From a virus, in IMG/VR virus record IMGVR_UViG_3300045988_086533, positions 1-64,000 of that record: a stretch of 64,000 bases of DNA. One strand, 5' to 3'. This document shows, one piece after another, positions 17,296-26,422 of the stretch. Every line of letters begins with the position of its first letter. The first letter of the stretch is position 1. The notes under the pieces were generated by a model. It had not been told where the DNA came from. It did no database searches and was given only the letters and a program-made list of their open reading frames with translations. The position numbers and the translations under genes were made by a program.

Positions 17296-17910
17296 ATGAT
17301 GAAAAAATTAATGAGTTTAGGTTTAGTTGGTATTTTAAGTGCAAGTTTAATGGTTGGATGTAGTAGTAATAACGACAGTAAAGATGATGACACTGTAACA
17401 ATTAAATACGTGGATGAAAATGGTAATGTTAAACAAGAAACTGTAACTAAAGAGAGAGCAAAACAAATAGAAGAACAACAAAAGAAACAACCTAATGACA
17501 CTACTAAAAAAGAACAACCTAAAAAAGAAACTAAAGACGATCAAGACGATATGACCGAAGATGAAATGTATGAAAAGGGATTAATTAAAAAACATGGTGG
17601 ACATTTAGAAGAAGAAGCTAAAGAACAAGAGAAAAAACATGAACAAGAAGATCAAGAACAACAAGAACAACAAGGTAAATATCCTATTTGCTATGATGAA
17701 GATGGCACACAAATAAATGATGAATATGGTAACTATACACCTGAATATGAACATAAAAAAGAGGAACAACAAAAACATAGACAATTTTATGATGAAGACG
17801 AAGATTACCCTAATAAGGACGTACATGATAGCTGCATAGACCCTGAAGATACATGTAATACAGATAACGACGTTGAAGAATCACCAAGTGAACCAGTAGA
17901 AAATAATTAA
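17296..17910 (+). CDS. secreted lipoprotein, highly acidic and low complexity
   Basis: Signal peptide MMKKLMSLGLVGILSASLMVG|C with a lipobox. The remainder is E/D/Q/K-rich. Confidence 0.7.
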   Translation: MMKKLMSLGLVGILSASLMVGCSSNNDSKDDDTVTIKYVDENGNVKQETVTKERAKQIEEQQKKQPNDTTKKEQPKKETKDDQDDMTEDEMYEKGLIKKHGGHLEEEAKEQEKKHEQEDQEQQEQQGKYPICYDEDGTQINDEYGNYTPEYEHKKEEQQKHRQFYDEDEDYPNKDVHDSCIDPEDTCNTDNDVEESPSEPVENN

Positions 17911-17917
17911 ATATGTA

Positions 17918-17952
17918 CTTAGTAAATACAACATTATTTCTATACTATATAT
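17918..17952 (+). promoter_or_regulatory. phage promoter motif, copy f
   Basis: cttagtaaa-N14-tatactatatat. Confidence 0.55.
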
Positions 17953-17991
17953 AAGTAAATAAATGAAGGAAATAACGGGAGGTACAAATAT

Positions 17992-18225
17992 ATGATTAAA
18001 GTTAAAAGTAAATTAAAACCAGTTAATGGAAAGGTTCAAGCATTTGTAAAAATGAAAGTAACACCACATCAAGAACCATTAGTATCACAATATGAATTAG
18101 TAGCCCTATTAATGGGCTACAGGGATGTAGTCTTAAAAGACTATACAGATTTTGCAGCAGTACAACACATTAAAGAAGCAGTAGAAGCAATGGAGAAGGA
18201 ACTAAATAGTAAGGGGGATAAATAA
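17992..18225 (+). CDS. hypothetical protein
   Basis: ORF with RBS gggagg. Confidence 0.5.
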   Translation: MIKVKSKLKPVNGKVQAFVKMKVTPHQEPLVSQYELVALLMGYRDVVLKDYTDFAAVQHIKEAVEAMEKELNSKGDK

Positions 18226-18383
18226 TGAAATATAGAGTAAGGGTAATAAACAAGAATAATGGCATGAACTGTTTTATATATCGTGATGTTACATTAGAAA
18301 ATTTAAACTACATATTACAAAGTTTAAGTACTTTGAATACTAATATATATTTTATAGAAGTTAAAAATGAGGAGGAGAAATAA
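18225..18383 (+). CDS. hypothetical small protein (52 aa)
   Basis: Not in the ORF track. The ATG overlaps the preceding stop (TAATG), and the ORF fills the gap. Confidence 0.35.
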   Translation: MKYRVRVINKNNGMNCFIYRDVTLENLNYILQSLSTLNTNIYFIEVKNEEEK

Positions 18384-18384
18384 T

Positions 18385-18936
18385 ATGATTAAAATAACAG
18401 TGGATACTAAAGATGGAGTACAAATAGTGAATAAGGGGGCATTAGTAAAAGGTGAACTACAAGATTTATTATTTGAACTAACTGCATTACAATCTACAGT
18501 AATAAATGCTATTGTAGAGAAATATAAAAATGAATTAAGCCCGGGTGTTAATACATTAAATGCTAAGTTTGACATGATAGACACAATAGCCCAAACAACA
18601 AAAGTAGCTATAGAATGTAATCATAAATATACTGACGATACAACAACTACAGTACAACATATAAAACCACCACAAGAGGAGCCAAAAGTGGCGGCGGAAG
18701 AAATAACTGTAAATGATATTATAAAAGGAGGATTAGGAATAGATATGGATAAATTAACATGGGAAATATATGCAACAAATGAATTAATAGAAAAATGGTG
18801 GCCAGTAATGAATGATCATATAATGACACAAGAAGAAATGAAACAACTACAAAAAGAAGCAAAACAAGTAGGAATAGATATGGACAATTTACTTAATGCT
18901 ATGATAGATAAATATGAAAAGATGGAGGATAAATAA
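18385..18936 (+). CDS. hypothetical protein (MIKI... paralogue A)
   Basis: RBS gaggagga. The N-terminus is similar to that of the next ORF. Confidence 0.5.
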   Translation: MIKITVDTKDGVQIVNKGALVKGELQDLLFELTALQSTVINAIVEKYKNELSPGVNTLNAKFDMIDTIAQTTKVAIECNHKYTDDTTTTVQHIKPPQEEPKVAAEEITVNDIIKGGLGIDMDKLTWEIYATNELIEKWWPVMNDHIMTQEEMKQLQKEAKQVGIDMDNLLNAMIDKYEKMEDK

Positions 18937-18937
18937 T

Positions 18938-19135
18938 ATGATAAAAATTAAGAACGATAAGATAGTACTAAAAGGTGATCCAATTAAACTAATGGAAGAA
19001 GCAACACTAGTAGTATTAGAAGTAATAGAAGCATTAGTAGAAAAGGAACACTTAGAACCTAATAAGATACCAGAGGTAATTGATGCATTAACAAAAGAAG
19101 TAATTACACAAACTGAACATTTAACAACTAAATAA
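18938..19135 (+). CDS. hypothetical protein (MIKI... paralogue B)
   Basis: RBS atggagga. Confidence 0.45.
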   Translation: MIKIKNDKIVLKGDPIKLMEEATLVVLEVIEALVEKEHLEPNKIPEVIDALTKEVITQTEHLTTK

Positions 19136-19144
19136 CAATCAAAT

Positions 19145-19179
19145 AGAGTGGTTAATAGTACATTAATCACTCTTTTTTA
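19145..19179 (+). terminator. strong intrinsic terminator ending the early region
   Basis: 12-bp stem agagtggttaat / attaatcactct (one G-U pair), loop agtac, T6. Confidence 0.75.
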
Positions 19180-19319
19180 ATACAAATAGTACAATAAACC
19201 TATATAATTAAGTCCTAAATGATTATTAATTGTACTAAAATAAGTCTTAAAATAGCAATTCTTACATTAATAATTACTAAGAATAACTAATATAAATTTG
19301 TGATAGGAGGATGGTCCAA

Positions 19320-19628
19320 ATGAAAAAAGTATTTGCTAAGAAATATATGGTAGTATTCCAAAGAGAGGAACATGATGAATTTGTAGTATATAATACGAAG
19401 AAGGAGTGGGATGAAGGACATACACACATACACAGTTATAAACAAGCAATGTACTTAGTTGATTGCATAATAAACAATAAGGTACCAAAGAAAGTTAATA
19501 AATACTTTTTAGTAAGCCTTGTAAGATTGAGTAATAGTAAGAAATATAAAGAGCAAATACAAAGGAGAATTGATGGGGAGGTAGAGATAAAACATTACCA
19601 CAATACTCCAAAGCATTTTAGAAAGTAG
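19320..19628 (+). CDS. hypothetical protein
   Basis: ORF with ATG 9 nt after taggagga. Confidence 0.45.
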   Translation: MKKVFAKKYMVVFQREEHDEFVVYNTKKEWDEGHTHIHSYKQAMYLVDCIINNKVPKKVNKYFLVSLVRLSNSKKYKEQIQRRIDGEVEIKHYHNTPKHFRK

Positions 19629-19636
19629 GTGATTAG

Positions 19637-20200
19637 ATGGCAAGAAAAGCAAAACTAACAGGAGATGAGATTGACCAATTATTTTTAGACTATTGTGCTA
19701 ATATGACCCATAAGCAATTGTGCGACAAATGGAATATTAGTAACAGTACATTAACAAAGTTAATACATAGTGAAGGTTGGGCGGAAAAAAGGAAAGCTAC
19801 AAAACAACTAGCACTAGATAAATGCCAGGCAGTGTATGTAGATGCTAATAAAGAATTAGTAGATAGATATTACCAAGCAGGATATAAGCTACTATGTTTA
19901 TGGGAGCAATCAATGGCAAAGAATAGTAGCAGCATCCTGGATAGAGAAGGTAAGATATCTCACTTTAAATTAGCTCAAGCTATACAGAATATGGTAGCTA
20001 TTAAGACATTCCTAGATGAATGTACTGGTACTATTCCATTTAAAGAAGCAATGGAATTAAAAATGAAATATGAACAAATGGAACTTAAAAAAGCTATTGC
20101 AGGACTTGGTGGTGATGAAAGCGTACAAGACGACTTTGTGGCAATATTAGCAGACTCTTTAAAACGTATCAATGAAGGTGATGACTATGAGCAAGATTAA
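19637..20200 (+). CDS. terS: terminase small subunit
   Basis: N-terminal HTH (THKQLCDKWNISNSTLTKLI). Lies immediately upstream of, and overlaps, the large subunit gene. Confidence 0.6.
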   Translation: MARKAKLTGDEIDQLFLDYCANMTHKQLCDKWNISNSTLTKLIHSEGWAEKRKATKQLALDKCQAVYVDANKELVDRYYQAGYKLLCLWEQSMAKNSSSILDREGKISHFKLAQAIQNMVAIKTFLDECTGTIPFKEAMELKMKYEQMELKKAIAGLGGDESVQDDFVAILADSLKRINEGDDYEQD

Positions 20201-21536
20201 TAAGGTAGTACCATTTGGATGGAAACCATTTAGCTCAAAACAAATACAAGTATTATCTTGGTGGTTGGACCCTAAGTATAAAAATAATACTGCATTGATA
20301 TGTGATGGAGCAGTACGTAGTGGTAAAACAGTTTGTATGAGTTTTAGTTATATTAACTGGGCCACAGAGAGATATAATGGTATGAACTTTGCACTGTGTG
20401 GTAAGACAATAGCCTCTTGTAGACGTAATGTTGTACAACCATTAAAACAGATGCTGCTAAGTAGAGGCTACATGGTGCATGACAATAGAAGTGAGAACCT
20501 ATTAACTATTAGTAGAACATGGAAAACAAAGAATGGCAATATTAGAAAAGCAATAAACTACTTTTATATATTCGGTGGAAAGGATGAGAGTTCACAAGAC
20601 CTAATACAGGGGATAACATTAGCAGGAGTATTCTTTGATGAGGTAGCTTTAATGCCACAATCATTTGTAAATCAAGCTACTGCTCGTTGTTCTGTAACAG
20701 GAGCTAAGTTCTGGTTTAACTGTAACCCTGATAGTCCTTTCCACTGGTTTAATCAGGAGTGGATCCAGAAGTGCGAACAAAGAAAGGCCTTACATATACA
20801 CTTCACAATGGAAGATAATTTAAGTCTAAGCCAAGAGGTAATAGAGAGATATAAATCAATGTATAGTGGTGTATTCTACAAACGATTTATATTAGGATTA
20901 TGGGTAATGGCAGATGGAGTTATATATCCAATGTTTGATCCAGATAGACATGCTAAAGAGTTAAGCCTTAACTGGACAAGAATATTTATTAGTGCTGACT
21001 TCGGGATACAAAATGCCACTACTTTTGGTATATTTGGTTACTATGCTCCTACAAAGAGATATCACCAAATAGCAAGTTATTATCATAATGGTAGAAAAGA
21101 AGGACAAAAGACTGTTGCGGAGTACGTGACAGATTTAATTGCATTTATACAGGAAAATAATGTAATGCCAGAATACATAACAGTTGACCCTAGTGCAGCT
21201 CCGTTAATAGTGGAGCTAAAGAAGAATAAGTTTTTCCAAAGACATCATATAAAAGTAGTTCCAGCTAAGAATAATGTGGAACTAGGAATACAACTAGTAA
21301 GTTATTTATTGAATCAAGATAAGTTTACATTAGATCCAAGTTGTAAAAGTGATATAGAAGAATTTGGGTCCTATTGTTGGGACGAAGATAAACTGGACAA
21401 AGGCGTGGAAGAAATATTAAAAATGAATGACCATGCTATGGATAAAATACGTTATGCAGTAATGACAGATAGTATTAATTATAGAACGTTAGATGATGCG
21501 CTTAAAGTACTAAGCGGTAAAGGTGCAATATATTAA
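20187..21536 (+). CDS. terL: terminase large subunit
   Basis: Walker A GAVRSGKT, Walker B VFFDEV, and nuclease-domain Asp motifs (ISADFG, NDHAMDKIRY). Confidence 0.9.
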   Translation: MSKINKVVPFGWKPFSSKQIQVLSWWLDPKYKNNTALICDGAVRSGKTVCMSFSYINWATERYNGMNFALCGKTIASCRRNVVQPLKQMLLSRGYMVHDNRSENLLTISRTWKTKNGNIRKAINYFYIFGGKDESSQDLIQGITLAGVFFDEVALMPQSFVNQATARCSVTGAKFWFNCNPDSPFHWFNQEWIQKCEQRKALHIHFTMEDNLSLSQEVIERYKSMYSGVFYKRFILGLWVMADGVIYPMFDPDRHAKELSLNWTRIFISADFGIQNATTFGIFGYYAPTKRYHQIASYYHNGRKEGQKTVAEYVTDLIAFIQENNVMPEYITVDPSAAPLIVELKKNKFFQRHHIKVVPAKNNVELGIQLVSYLLNQDKFTLDPSCKSDIEEFGSYCWDEDKLDKGVEEILKMNDHAMDKIRYAVMTDSINYRTLDDALKVLSGKGAIY

Positions 21537-21552
21537 AAGGAGGTAGGTAATA

Positions 21553-23145
21553 ATGAGTTTGTATAACAGTATAGATAGAGCATTAGTAGGACTATACAGT
21601 ACAGATAGAAGATTCTTAGAAGAATTACAACAGGTTAAATCGTACTACGAGTTCTACGAAGGTAGACCTGAACAATTAGAAGATGATTTAGAAGATTCAA
21701 CTGGCCAACTATGGGCAGTAAAAGACAGAGATTATAGACCAACAAGAGAGATAAGAAACTTAACTAAAAAGCTACTTAAAAAACAAGGAAGATTTATGAC
21801 TAGTGTTCCACCTACAATAGTAGTAAAGAGCGTAGATGGCACTGATCCAACGTTGGTGGATGATAAACGAATTGCCTATGAAAAAATATTAGATGATGGA
21901 AAGTTTTGGAATAAGTTTAGTAAAGCATTTATGGATTGTGTCATTGGTAAACGTGTATTATTAGCATTAATGTTGGATGTAGATGACTATGGCAACCCTA
22001 TAGACAATGCACCTATAAAGTTTAGATTTTATACAATGCCAGAATTCCTATATGAATATGACCCAAATGACTGTGACAAACTAATCAAAGTGCAAATAGC
22101 TTACCAAGATGAAAGCACAGTAGGTAAATTACAAAATGAGCAAAGATGGCATAAATGGATCTATGAAATGAGAGGTGAAGAGTGTTGGTGTACATACATG
22201 GTAGTAGATGGTACTAACACAATAGCCTATGCAGAAGTACCAAACATACTTAATAGTAGTATTGCAGGAGAACAACAAGATGAACAACAAATGCAACAAG
22301 TGGAAATACGTAGTGAGTGGAATACTGGATTAAGCTGCATACCATGTACAGTTATATTTAATGACGGACTTACAGGAGATATTAGAGGACGTAGTGATGT
22401 AAAAGATTTAATGGATATGCAAATGGATTATAATAAAACTATTAGTGATTATAGAGACAGTTTAAGATTTGCGATGTTTGACCAAACGGCCTTTATTGAT
22501 GCTGACAGTGCTTCTATTGAAGGAATAGTAGTGGCACCTGGGTCAATATTAGATATTAAAACAGATACATCTTTAGGAATGGGTAGTGCAAATGGTAGTT
22601 ATAAACAAGCATCTATACAAAAGGTCGGTAGTGAATTTACATTCCAAGGTGCAGCAGATGCTTATCTTGAGAGATTGAAAAAAGATATGTACGAATGTAT
22701 GGAACAACCACTACCAGAATCACTAGTTAATGTAGCAAGTGGTAAAGCGTTACGTATGTTATATGATGACCTTATTACACGTTGTGAAGAAAAATGGTCC
22801 GCATGGGATGAAGCTATTCTATGGATGCTAAAATTAATTGAGGAAATCGTATTAAAGAGTAATTTATATCCAGATGACCCTTCTATCAATCAAGCTATGC
22901 AGTACAAAGTAAGTTTAGATTTAACTCATAACTATCCAATTCCAGACGATGAGATTGATACTAAGACAATAGCAATAAAAGAAGTAGAAGCCAATGTACG
23001 TAGTAAACAAAGTTATATTAGAGAGTTTGGTAGTGCTGAGGAAGCTGATAAAGAATTTGATGAGATACTAGATGAGATGGATAAAGTTAATATGACACAA
23101 AATAGTATGGCTGATTTAAACGGATCAATTAGCAAAACTGAATAA
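21553..23145 (+). CDS. portal protein
   Basis: 530 aa, directly after terL and before the MuF-like gene. Confidence 0.7.
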   Translation: MSLYNSIDRALVGLYSTDRRFLEELQQVKSYYEFYEGRPEQLEDDLEDSTGQLWAVKDRDYRPTREIRNLTKKLLKKQGRFMTSVPPTIVVKSVDGTDPTLVDDKRIAYEKILDDGKFWNKFSKAFMDCVIGKRVLLALMLDVDDYGNPIDNAPIKFRFYTMPEFLYEYDPNDCDKLIKVQIAYQDESTVGKLQNEQRWHKWIYEMRGEECWCTYMVVDGTNTIAYAEVPNILNSSIAGEQQDEQQMQQVEIRSEWNTGLSCIPCTVIFNDGLTGDIRGRSDVKDLMDMQMDYNKTISDYRDSLRFAMFDQTAFIDADSASIEGIVVAPGSILDIKTDTSLGMGSANGSYKQASIQKVGSEFTFQGAADAYLERLKKDMYECMEQPLPESLVNVASGKALRMLYDDLITRCEEKWSAWDEAILWMLKLIEEIVLKSNLYPDDPSINQAMQYKVSLDLTHNYPIPDDEIDTKTIAIKEVEANVRSKQSYIREFGSAEEADKEFDEILDEMDKVNMTQNSMADLNGSISKTE

Positions 23146-23162
23146 TTTTCTATACTATATAT
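23128..23162 (+). promoter_or_regulatory. phage promoter motif, copy g (variant -35 attagcaaa)
   Basis: attagcaaa-N14-tatactatatat. The -10 region sits inside the palindrome ttctata-ctata-tatagaa. Confidence 0.5.
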
Positions 23163-23191
23163 AGAATAAAAAATTTGGGAGGTTGATTGAT

Positions 23192-23623
23192 ATGAGTAAA
23201 CAAGGTGGATGGACTAAAGGACGTAAAGGGGAAAAACAACTGAAATTTAAAGCTAAATGTGATAAATGCGGAAGAGAATTTTATCCTAGAGAAAAAGAAT
23301 TAGCTATATTAAAAGGATGTATTATTATTAGAGGGTTTGAATGTAGATGTGGTAAACAGTATGTAACTGTAGTAACTGATAATCAACTACGTAGAGAGAT
23401 GGCACAACTACAAGATCTCTTAGAAACTTTTACAAAGATCCAATATAAGAATAGATATGATGTAAATGAACAAATTAAAATACGTGGATTTGTACCACAA
23501 GAGATACAAGATAGAGTAAATAAAAAGGAAAAAGATTATATGGATGCAATAACAGAGCTTAGACGTGATATAGCTAAGAGAGGTAAAGAATTAAAAGAAA
23601 AATATAAAAATTATATAGACTAA
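23192..23623 (+). CDS. zinc-ribbon / coiled-coil protein of unknown function
   Basis: CDKCG...CRCG, followed by a basic coiled coil. Has its own promoter motif, between the portal and MuF genes. Confidence 0.5.
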   Translation: MSKQGGWTKGRKGEKQLKFKAKCDKCGREFYPREKELAILKGCIIIRGFECRCGKQYVTVVTDNQLRREMAQLQDLLETFTKIQYKNRYDVNEQIKIRGFVPQEIQDRVNKKEKDYMDAITELRRDIAKRGKELKEKYKNYID

Positions 23624-23626
23624 GTG

Positions 23627-23655
23627 TTGACACTTAATAAAAATGGTACTATAAT
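23627..23655 (+). promoter_or_regulatory. perfect-consensus sigma-A-type promoter
   Basis: TTGACA-17 nt-TATAAT. Confidence 0.65.
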
Positions 23656-23692
23656 TTATAGGTTAGGACTAAATAAAAAGTGTGAAAAAATG

Positions 23693-23720
23693 AGAGAGGT
23701 TAATAAACCTCTCTTTTTTT
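23693..23720 (+). terminator. intrinsic terminator about 40 nt downstream of the consensus promoter
   Basis: Stem agagaggt / acctctct, loop taataa, T6. Confidence 0.65.
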
Positions 23721-23749
23721 ATACAATAAATTATATAGGAGGTGGAGGT

Positions 23750-25654
23750 ATGGCTAAGACAAGATTTATTAGTGATACACAAACGGAGAATGGATTAGAG
23801 TATTTAAAAACACTAAATGATCAATTAAGAAATAAACCAAAGGAATTAACTAAAAAGCAACAACAACAGATAATACAAGTCTATAAAAATGCTTATATGG
23901 ATATAATAAATAGGAATATTAAAAGTGCTTATGGCAATAGTAAAGAAGTAAAGAACTTAACTGCCGCATATAGTCAACAGATATATGAAGAACTACAGAA
24001 GGTGATGAAGAAATATAATAACCAAACTGCTACAGATATGGCCAATATAAATAAACAAATGATGAAGCTATTAATGGGAGATGGATATCAACAGATTAAA
24101 GACCAAGTGGATAAATTAGTTGATATAGTTAATGCGGATACTGTGGAACAGATAGTGCAGGGTAAGTTATATGAAAAAGGTAAAGGACTAGATAAAACGT
24201 TGTGGAATGCTGCTAGTAAAAGTGGTGAAAAGATAGAAGATGCAGTAGCTAGTTGTACTGCTGAAGGTATGGGAGCCGCTGAGATGGCTGAGAACTTAAA
24301 ACAGTTTGCTATGGGTGGCCATCATACATGGAGTAGAAATAAGATAAGAGAAAAACTAGGTAGTGGATATGCAAGAAAATATAGTGGTGGATTAGACTAT
24401 GAGTCACTAAGATTAGCACGTACTACAATAACCCATCAAGCACAAGTGGAAACTATAAATACTAAAAGAGTTAATCCTTATATGGGCGGAGTACAATGGC
24501 ATAGTAACCACGAAGCAGGTAGAACTTGTGCTTTATGCAACGAACTGGATGGCCGTGTATATATAATAGACAAGGAAGATGTACCACTTGACCATCCAAA
24601 TGGAGCGTGTTGGCTAGAGCCTGTATGGATGATTAATGGTAAGAAAGCAACACCAGAGGATATAGCGAAGGATATGAAAGCATGGGCCAATGGTGAACCT
24701 AATAGTGGTGCAATGGACAAAATACCTGAGTATAAAGGACTAGGAGGACGTAAGCAACCAGTTAAACCAATTAAACCGGTTAAGAAAACAGTTAAGCCAG
24801 CAACTCCTAAAAAACAAACTGTTAAGAAACAAACTATCGAGAAACAAACTCCTACTGCTGCGTTTAATAAACTTACAGAACAACAATTGCAAGAGTATAA
24901 AGATGCCTTCTTAAAACATGGTATGAAAAAACGTGCTGACGTTAAATACTTGAAGGAAGCTGCAGAAGCTATGTTAAATGATTTCCCTGCTCACTTCCAA
25001 CAAGCGTATTATCGAATGAGTAAGGGAATAAAGGGATTCTGGGAAACAAGTAAAGATGAGGCATATTACACTAATGGTAGTAAAATAATAAGCATGAACT
25101 GTAATAAAGAACTTAAAAACGTGGAAAAATATAAATATTATAAATTTGCGGTTTGGTTCCATGAAACAGGCCATGCTATGGATAACTTACTTACATTAGA
25201 CAGTAATGGAAGAACTACTGGTAGATTAAGCTACGATAAGGAATTCCAACAAGCATTAATTAATGATTATGCTGCAATTAAAAAGAAATTAGTAAAACAG
25301 AAATATCCTGACATGAGCGATGCAGAAATAGCGCGTACATTTACCGACGAAAAATCATATGCTAAGTTATTTTACAGTGATTTAGCTAAAAACCATAAGA
25401 CAAAAGGAATACAAGACGTTATAGACGGTTTATCTAACAGTGATTGTAGAGTTATGTGGGGACATGGTAAAAAATACTGGAATAGAAGTGGCACAGAGGA
25501 AGGTAGAATGAATGAAATCGCATCTGAGGCATGGGCAAATATATGTGAGGCTCATGGTGATAAAGAAACTTTAGAATATGTAAATAAATATTTCCCGACT
25601 GCGACTAAAAGATTAAATGAAATAATAAAAAACAAATTAAAGGAGCTGAAATAA
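23750..25654 (+). CDS. MuF/SPP1 gp7-like head morphogenesis protein with a C-terminal HExxH metallopeptidase-like domain
   Basis: Start reset to MAKTRF, after ggaggtggagg. MuF signature RTCALCNELDG...PLDHPNGACW, a K/P/T-rich linker, then WFHETGHAMD (25160-25174) and a downstream NEIASEAW. Confidence 0.75.
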   Translation: MAKTRFISDTQTENGLEYLKTLNDQLRNKPKELTKKQQQQIIQVYKNAYMDIINRNIKSAYGNSKEVKNLTAAYSQQIYEELQKVMKKYNNQTATDMANINKQMMKLLMGDGYQQIKDQVDKLVDIVNADTVEQIVQGKLYEKGKGLDKTLWNAASKSGEKIEDAVASCTAEGMGAAEMAENLKQFAMGGHHTWSRNKIREKLGSGYARKYSGGLDYESLRLARTTITHQAQVETINTKRVNPYMGGVQWHSNHEAGRTCALCNELDGRVYIIDKEDVPLDHPNGACWLEPVWMINGKKATPEDIAKDMKAWANGEPNSGAMDKIPEYKGLGGRKQPVKPIKPVKKTVKPATPKKQTVKKQTIEKQTPTAAFNKLTEQQLQEYKDAFLKHGMKKRADVKYLKEAAEAMLNDFPAHFQQAYYRMSKGIKGFWETSKDEAYYTNGSKIISMNCNKELKNVEKYKYYKFAVWFHETGHAMDNLLTLDSNGRTTGRLSYDKEFQQALINDYAAIKKKLVKQKYPDMSDAEIARTFTDEKSYAKLFYSDLAKNHKTKGIQDVIDGLSNSDCRVMWGHGKKYWNRSGTEEGRMNEIASEAWANICEAHGDKETLEYVNKYFPTATKRLNEIIKNKLKELK

Positions 25655-25819
25655 ATGGTGGATAAATATAGAGAATTAGATGAGAAATATTATGAGATGT
25701 TTGATGATTATTTTCCAAGTTTTCAACTAGGACCTGATGAAGACAAAATACAACAGTGTATTGATGCCGGAAAGGATGCATATGAATTATTTAATTTAAA
25801 AGAAGATGTTAATTATTAG
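25655..25819 (+). CDS. hypothetical small protein (54 aa)
   Basis: Not in the ORF track. The ATG overlaps the MuF stop. Paralogous to the ORF at 25871 (QQCIDAGKDAYELF versus DRCIQSGKTYGEIF). Confidence 0.4.
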   Translation: MVDKYRELDEKYYEMFDDYFPSFQLGPDEDKIQQCIDAGKDAYELFNLKEDVNY

Positions 25820-25853
25820 TTAGTAAATCAGTAAGTTTTTCTATACTATATAT
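25819..25853 (+). promoter_or_regulatory. phage promoter motif, copy h
   Basis: gttagtaaa-N14-tatactatatat followed by gtaag. Confidence 0.6.
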
Positions 25854-25870
25854 GTAAGGAGTTGATAAGA

Positions 25871-26020
25871 ATGAGAGAAAAATTACAAAACTATTTAGAC
25901 AAGTTTGAACAACACTTTCCATTAATGGATGTAGAAGGACTTACTGAACAAGAGATAATAGACATAATTGATAGATGCATACAGAGTGGCAAAACTTATG
26001 GAGAGATATTTTATAAATAG
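25871..26020 (+). CDS. hypothetical small protein (49 aa)
   Basis: Not in the ORF track. RBS aaggag. Confidence 0.4.
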   Translation: MREKLQNYLDKFEQHFPLMDVEGLTEQEIIDIIDRCIQSGKTYGEIFYK

Positions 26021-26032
26021 GGAGGGATTTGT

Positions 26033-26413
26033 ATGGTAATACCTGAGGAAGTAAGAGTTGGAAGTGTATATTATAAAGTAGAATTAACTGATAAACCAAT
26101 AATATTGAATGGTAGACAATGTTTAGGATTATGTGATAAGTATACTCACGAGATACAATTGGACCCATCACTACAAGATGACCAAAGTTTAATACAAACA
26201 TTTTACCACGAATTAGCTCACGCAATGATGTTTGAGCGTGGAATAGATTTACAAGTATTAGGACTAAGTTATGATGACTATGAGAATGTTATAGATGGTA
26301 TAGGGATAATGATGCACCAGGTATTACTAGATAATCCCGATTTAACATTAACACCAGAGGAATTTGATGAAAAATATCCTCCAGAGGAAGAAGATAAAGA
26401 GACAACTAAATAG
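26033..26413 (+). CDS. small HExxH (zinc metallopeptidase-like) protein
   Basis: FYHELAHAMMFERG (HELAH at 26207-26221). Acidic C-terminus. Confidence 0.5.
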   Translation: MVIPEEVRVGSVYYKVELTDKPIILNGRQCLGLCDKYTHEIQLDPSLQDDQSLIQTFYHELAHAMMFERGIDLQVLGLSYDDYENVIDGIGIMMHQVLLDNPDLTLTPEEFDEKYPPEEEDKETTK

Positions 26414-26422
26414 ATAATAGAG

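Noticed and set aside
23624-23749. N-terminal 42 codons of the 676-aa ORF in the track (GTG start at 23624)
   Set aside because: This stretch holds a perfect TTGACA-17-TATAAT promoter and an intrinsic terminator. A strong RBS plus ATG lies at 23750. The extension is most likely not translated.
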